Part shown: positions 46,453-48,814 of the stretch, in pieces
Layout of the letters: each line of letters starts with the position of its first letter
How positions within the stretch are numbered: the stretch's first letter is position 1
Assembly (NCBI GenBank): GCA_012800055.1
Contig: JAAZKA010000013.1
Span: 1-48,814 of the forward strand
DNA length: 48,814 nt
Direction of reading: 5' to 3'
Origin: Clostridiales bacterium
Lineage (GTDB): Bacteria; Bacillota; Clostridia; Oscillospirales; QAMX01
Position numbers and translations under genes: made by a program
The notes under the pieces: model-generated
Seen by the model: only the letters and a program-made list of their open reading frames with translations
Database searches by the model: none
Told to the model about the DNA's origin: nothing

Positions 46453-47319
46453 ATGTTATTTAAACGCATGCTCCCGCTGTTGTGTATCCTATGCCTGACC
46501 GCGTGCGCGGCGGCTCCGATGAAGACCGGCGACGCGCTGCCGTCGCATGTCGCAGTGATCAACGGCAGCTTCGCCGAGCTGTGGATGCTCGCAGGAGGCA
46601 CAGTCAGTGCCGTGACCGAGGACGCCTGGCAGGAGCGCGCACTGGACCTTCCGGAGAACGTGATCAACCTCGGTGTGATGAAGTCGCCCAACCTGGAACT
46701 GCTGCTCGCGGGCGGGTATGACCTGGTGATCCTGTCGTCCGCCGTACCCGGTCACACGGAAATCGGGCAGACGCTTGAAAAGGCCGGTGTGCGAACCTTA
46801 TTCCTCACGGTTGAGACCTTTGATGACTACCTCACGGCGCTCTCGATCTGTACCGATCTGACCGGGCATCCGGAGAACTATGAGAGATACGGCGAGAATC
46901 TGCGTGAGAAGGTGGATGCACAGAAGGCGCGGACGACCGGTCACCCGGAGGTGCTGCTGCTGCGGGCTTACGCGACAGGCGTGCGGGCGAAGGGCAGCGA
47001 CAATATGGTAGGCGCAATGCTCAAAGACCTCGGCTGCGTGAACATCGCGGACAGTGACGCATCGCTGCTGGAGGAGCTGAGCATCGAGGGAATTGTTGCG
47101 CGTGACCCGGAGTTCATCTTCATTACGGCGATGGGTGACGCGGAGGAAGCTGCAGCATATGTTAAGGAGACGCTTATGGAAAATCCGGCGTGGCAGGGAC
47201 TGCGCGCGGTAAAAGAAGGGCATGTGGCGTATCTACCGAAGGAACTGTTCCATTATAAGCCCAATGCGCGCTGGGATGAAGCCTATCGTATACTTGCGGA
47301 CATTCTGAACGCCGCATGA
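46453..47319 (+). CDS. ABC transporter substrate-binding lipoprotein (iron-siderophore/cobalamin, FecB/BtuF-type)
   Basis: GGAGG lies 8 nt upstream of ATG 46453. Lipobox LCLTAC. Size and pattern fit cluster-A periplasmic binding proteins. The stop overlaps the next start (ATGA). Confidence 0.85.
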   Translation: MLFKRMLPLLCILCLTACAAAPMKTGDALPSHVAVINGSFAELWMLAGGTVSAVTEDAWQERALDLPENVINLGVMKSPNLELLLAGGYDLVILSSAVPGHTEIGQTLEKAGVRTLFLTVETFDDYLTALSICTDLTGHPENYERYGENLREKVDAQKARTTGHPEVLLLRAYATGVRAKGSDNMVGAMLKDLGCVNIADSDASLLEELSIEGIVARDPEFIFITAMGDAEEAAAYVKETLMENPAWQGLRAVKEGHVAYLPKELFHYKPNARWDEAYRILADILNAA

Positions 47320-48814
47320 GAAAGTATACAAAGACAGCTTTTCTGGCGGCGGGTGGGCTGTGTATCCTTGCGGCGCTGCTGAGCCTGACGCTGGGCGTGT
47401 CGGATGTGACGGCAGCGGATATTTGGGGCGTACTGTGCGGTGACCGAGAATCTGCTGCCGCGCGGATTCTGCTGTACCTGCGGCTGCCGCGTACACTCGC
47501 GGCGCTGATGGCGGGCGCAGGACTCGCCGGTGCGGGTGTGATTATTCAGACGCTCCTGCACAATCCGCTGGCGGGGCCAAGTGTCATCGGCGTCAACGCG
47601 GGTGCGGGGCTGGCGGTGGTGATATGCGCGGCGGTCATACCCGGGGTATGGGGAATCCCGATCGCTGCGTTCCTGGGCGCACTTACGGCGATGCTGTTCA
47701 TCTATATGATCGCCGGACGTACTTCCTCGCGCGCGACGCTGATTCTCGCAGGCGTGGCGGTCAACAGCGTGCTGACCGCTGCGACGACAGCTGTCCGTGT
47801 ACTCGTCCCTGACGCGCTGCAGCAGAGCTTCAGCTTCTCTGTCGGAGGCTTTGCGAACCTGTCTGCGCGGACACTCTATCCCGCCTGTATTCTGATCGGC
47901 TGCGCAATACTGCCGGCGCTGTGCGGCACCCGGACGCTGGATATCCTGGCGCTCGGCAATGACGGCGCGCGGAACCTCGGAGTGCCGGTCAGGACGGCGC
48001 GGCTGTGTTATCTGATTCTCGCGGCGGTACTCGCGGGAGCTTCGGTGAGCTTCGCGGGGCTTCTGGGATTCGTCGGTCTGATCGTGCCGCATCTGGCGCG
48101 GATTTTCACCGGAGAAGGTACGAAAAAGCTGCTGCCGCTGGCAATGCTGTTCGGTGCCGGAGGACTGACGCTGTGCGATGTCCTGACAAGGGTGGCATTC
48201 GCACCGTACGAACTGCCGGTGGGAATCGTGATGGCGTTTCTCGGCGCACCGTTTTTCCTGTGGCTGCTGCTCTGGGAGCGAAAGAGGGCGGCACGCGGCA
48301 AACGCGGCGGAGAAGCTGCGCACTCCCCTGCTCCGTCGGACATCCTGACACTGAGCGGTATCCGTGTACGGTACGGAACGCGTACGGTGCTCGACGTGAC
48401 GCTGGGGATATCCCGCGGGAAACTTACGGTGATTGCGGGGCCGAACGGTTCAGGCAAGAGCACGCTGCTGCGGGTCTGCGCGGGGCTGCTGCAGCCGTCA
48501 CGGGGACAGATGCTGCTCGGGGGCCGGGAAATCACGGATATCGGATTCAGAGAGTATGCCAAACGGGTTGCCTATCTGCCGCAGACGGCGCAGGTACCGG
48601 ACGTACGAGTACGGGAGTATGTGCGGATGGGACGGTTCCCTCATGCGCGGCGCGGTTACGGCGCTGAGGACGAGCGGCGTGTGACGGATGCGATGCGGGA
48701 GGCTGGGTGCGCCGAGCTGTGCGAACGGTACTGCGGCGAGCTGTCGGGCGGTGAGCTGCAGCGTGTACGGCTTGCGCAGGTTCTGGCGCGGGACGAGGAA
48801 GTGCTGCTGTTGGA
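47316..48814 (+). CDS. FecCD-family permease fused in frame to an ABC ATPase domain; 3'-truncated by window edge (not in supplied ORF track)
   Basis: My own translation from ATG 47316 gives an uninterrupted frame to the window end. The permease part reads LRLPRTLAALMAGAGLAGAGVIIQTLLHNPLAGPSVIGVNAGAGL ... GAPFFLWLLLWERKR. A linker AARGKRGGEAAHSPAPSD follows. The ATPase part has Walker A GPNGSGKST and signature LSGGELQR. I checked the frame against coordinates at four points. Confidence 0.8.
   Translation, partial: MRKYTKTAFLAAGGLCILAALLSLTLGVSDVTAADIWGVLCGDRESAAARILLYLRLPRTLAALMAGAGLAGAGVIIQTLLHNPLAGPSVIGVNAGAGLAVVICAAVIPGVWGIPIAAFLGALTAMLFIYMIAGRTSSRATLILAGVAVNSVLTAATTAVRVLVPDALQQSFSFSVGGFANLSARTLYPACILIGCAILPALCGTRTLDILALGNDGARNLGVPVRTARLCYLILAAVLAGASVSFAGLLGFVGLIVPHLARIFTGEGTKKLLPLAMLFGAGGLTLCDVLTRVAFAPYELPVGIVMAFLGAPFFLWLLLWERKRAARGKRGGEAAHSPAPSDILTLSGIRVRYGTRTVLDVTLGISRGKLTVIAGPNGSGKSTLLRVCAGLLQPSRGQMLLGGREITDIGFREYAKRVAYLPQTAQVPDVRVREYVRMGRFPHARRGYGAEDERRVTDAMREAGCAELCERYCGELSGGELQRVRLAQVLARDEEVLLL

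Noticed and set aside
47283-48323. 346-aa minus-strand ORF listed in the track
   Set aside because: It is an extremely Arg/Gln/Pro-rich antisense shadow of the FecCD-type permease, which reads cleanly on the plus strand from 47316.

Overview
This 48.8 kb window comes from a high-GC chromosome. Hand counts of sample 60-nt lines give about 58-62% G+C. It looks Gram-positive and Clostridia-like: GGAGG-type ribosome-binding sites, TTGACA/TATAAT promoters and a lipoprotein lipobox. I support about 46 protein genes and one tRNA-Thr(CGU). I see no rRNA, CRISPR array, integrase or transposase. Housekeeping anchors are guaB, cca, smpB, ligA and a wecB-type UDP-GlcNAc 2-epimerase. Between these anchors I find seven blocks. 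(1) At 6.1-16.8 kb, a glycan-utilisation-like cluster of poorly characterised enzymes: FAD oxidoreductase, MFS transporter, 717-aa glycosidase-like protein, PHP phosphoesterase, DUF4091-like protein, DapA-family aldolase and an NAD epimerase-family protein. (2) At 17.1-23.0 kb, a ~5.9 kb low-GC islet (28-42% in sampled lines) that starts directly after the tRNA-Thr terminator. It carries a C-N hydrolase, a flavodoxin-like protein, an SPFH/band-7 protein, a small Cys-rich ORF, an orphan 326-aa protein and a HAD-IIA phosphatase. A perfect 17-bp inverted repeat brackets its four-gene core. (3) An MBL / TIM-barrel / MBL operon divergent from an ArsR-family regulator. (4) At 26.4-34.6 kb, an 8.2 kb seven-gene minus-strand operon with four ATGA start/stop overlaps: ABC ATPase, fused ABC-2 permease/GldG-like protein, DUF4340-like protein, CE15-like esterase, two paralogous esterases and AlaX. 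(5) Two tandem Eis-like GNAT paralogs. (6) A membrane-spanning protein with an extracytoplasmic domain and a cytoplasmic FHA domain. (7) An iron/cobalamin-type ABC uptake locus whose FecCD-type permease and ATPase lie in one uninterrupted frame. That frame runs off the right edge and is missing from the supplied ORF track. Many long ORFs in the track are antisense or out-of-frame shadows of high-GC genes, and I rejected them. All family assignments come from motifs read by eye; no database search was run. The low-GC islet and the ABC/GldG/esterase operon are my best candidates for uncharacterised biology, but nothing here is demonstrably a novel system.
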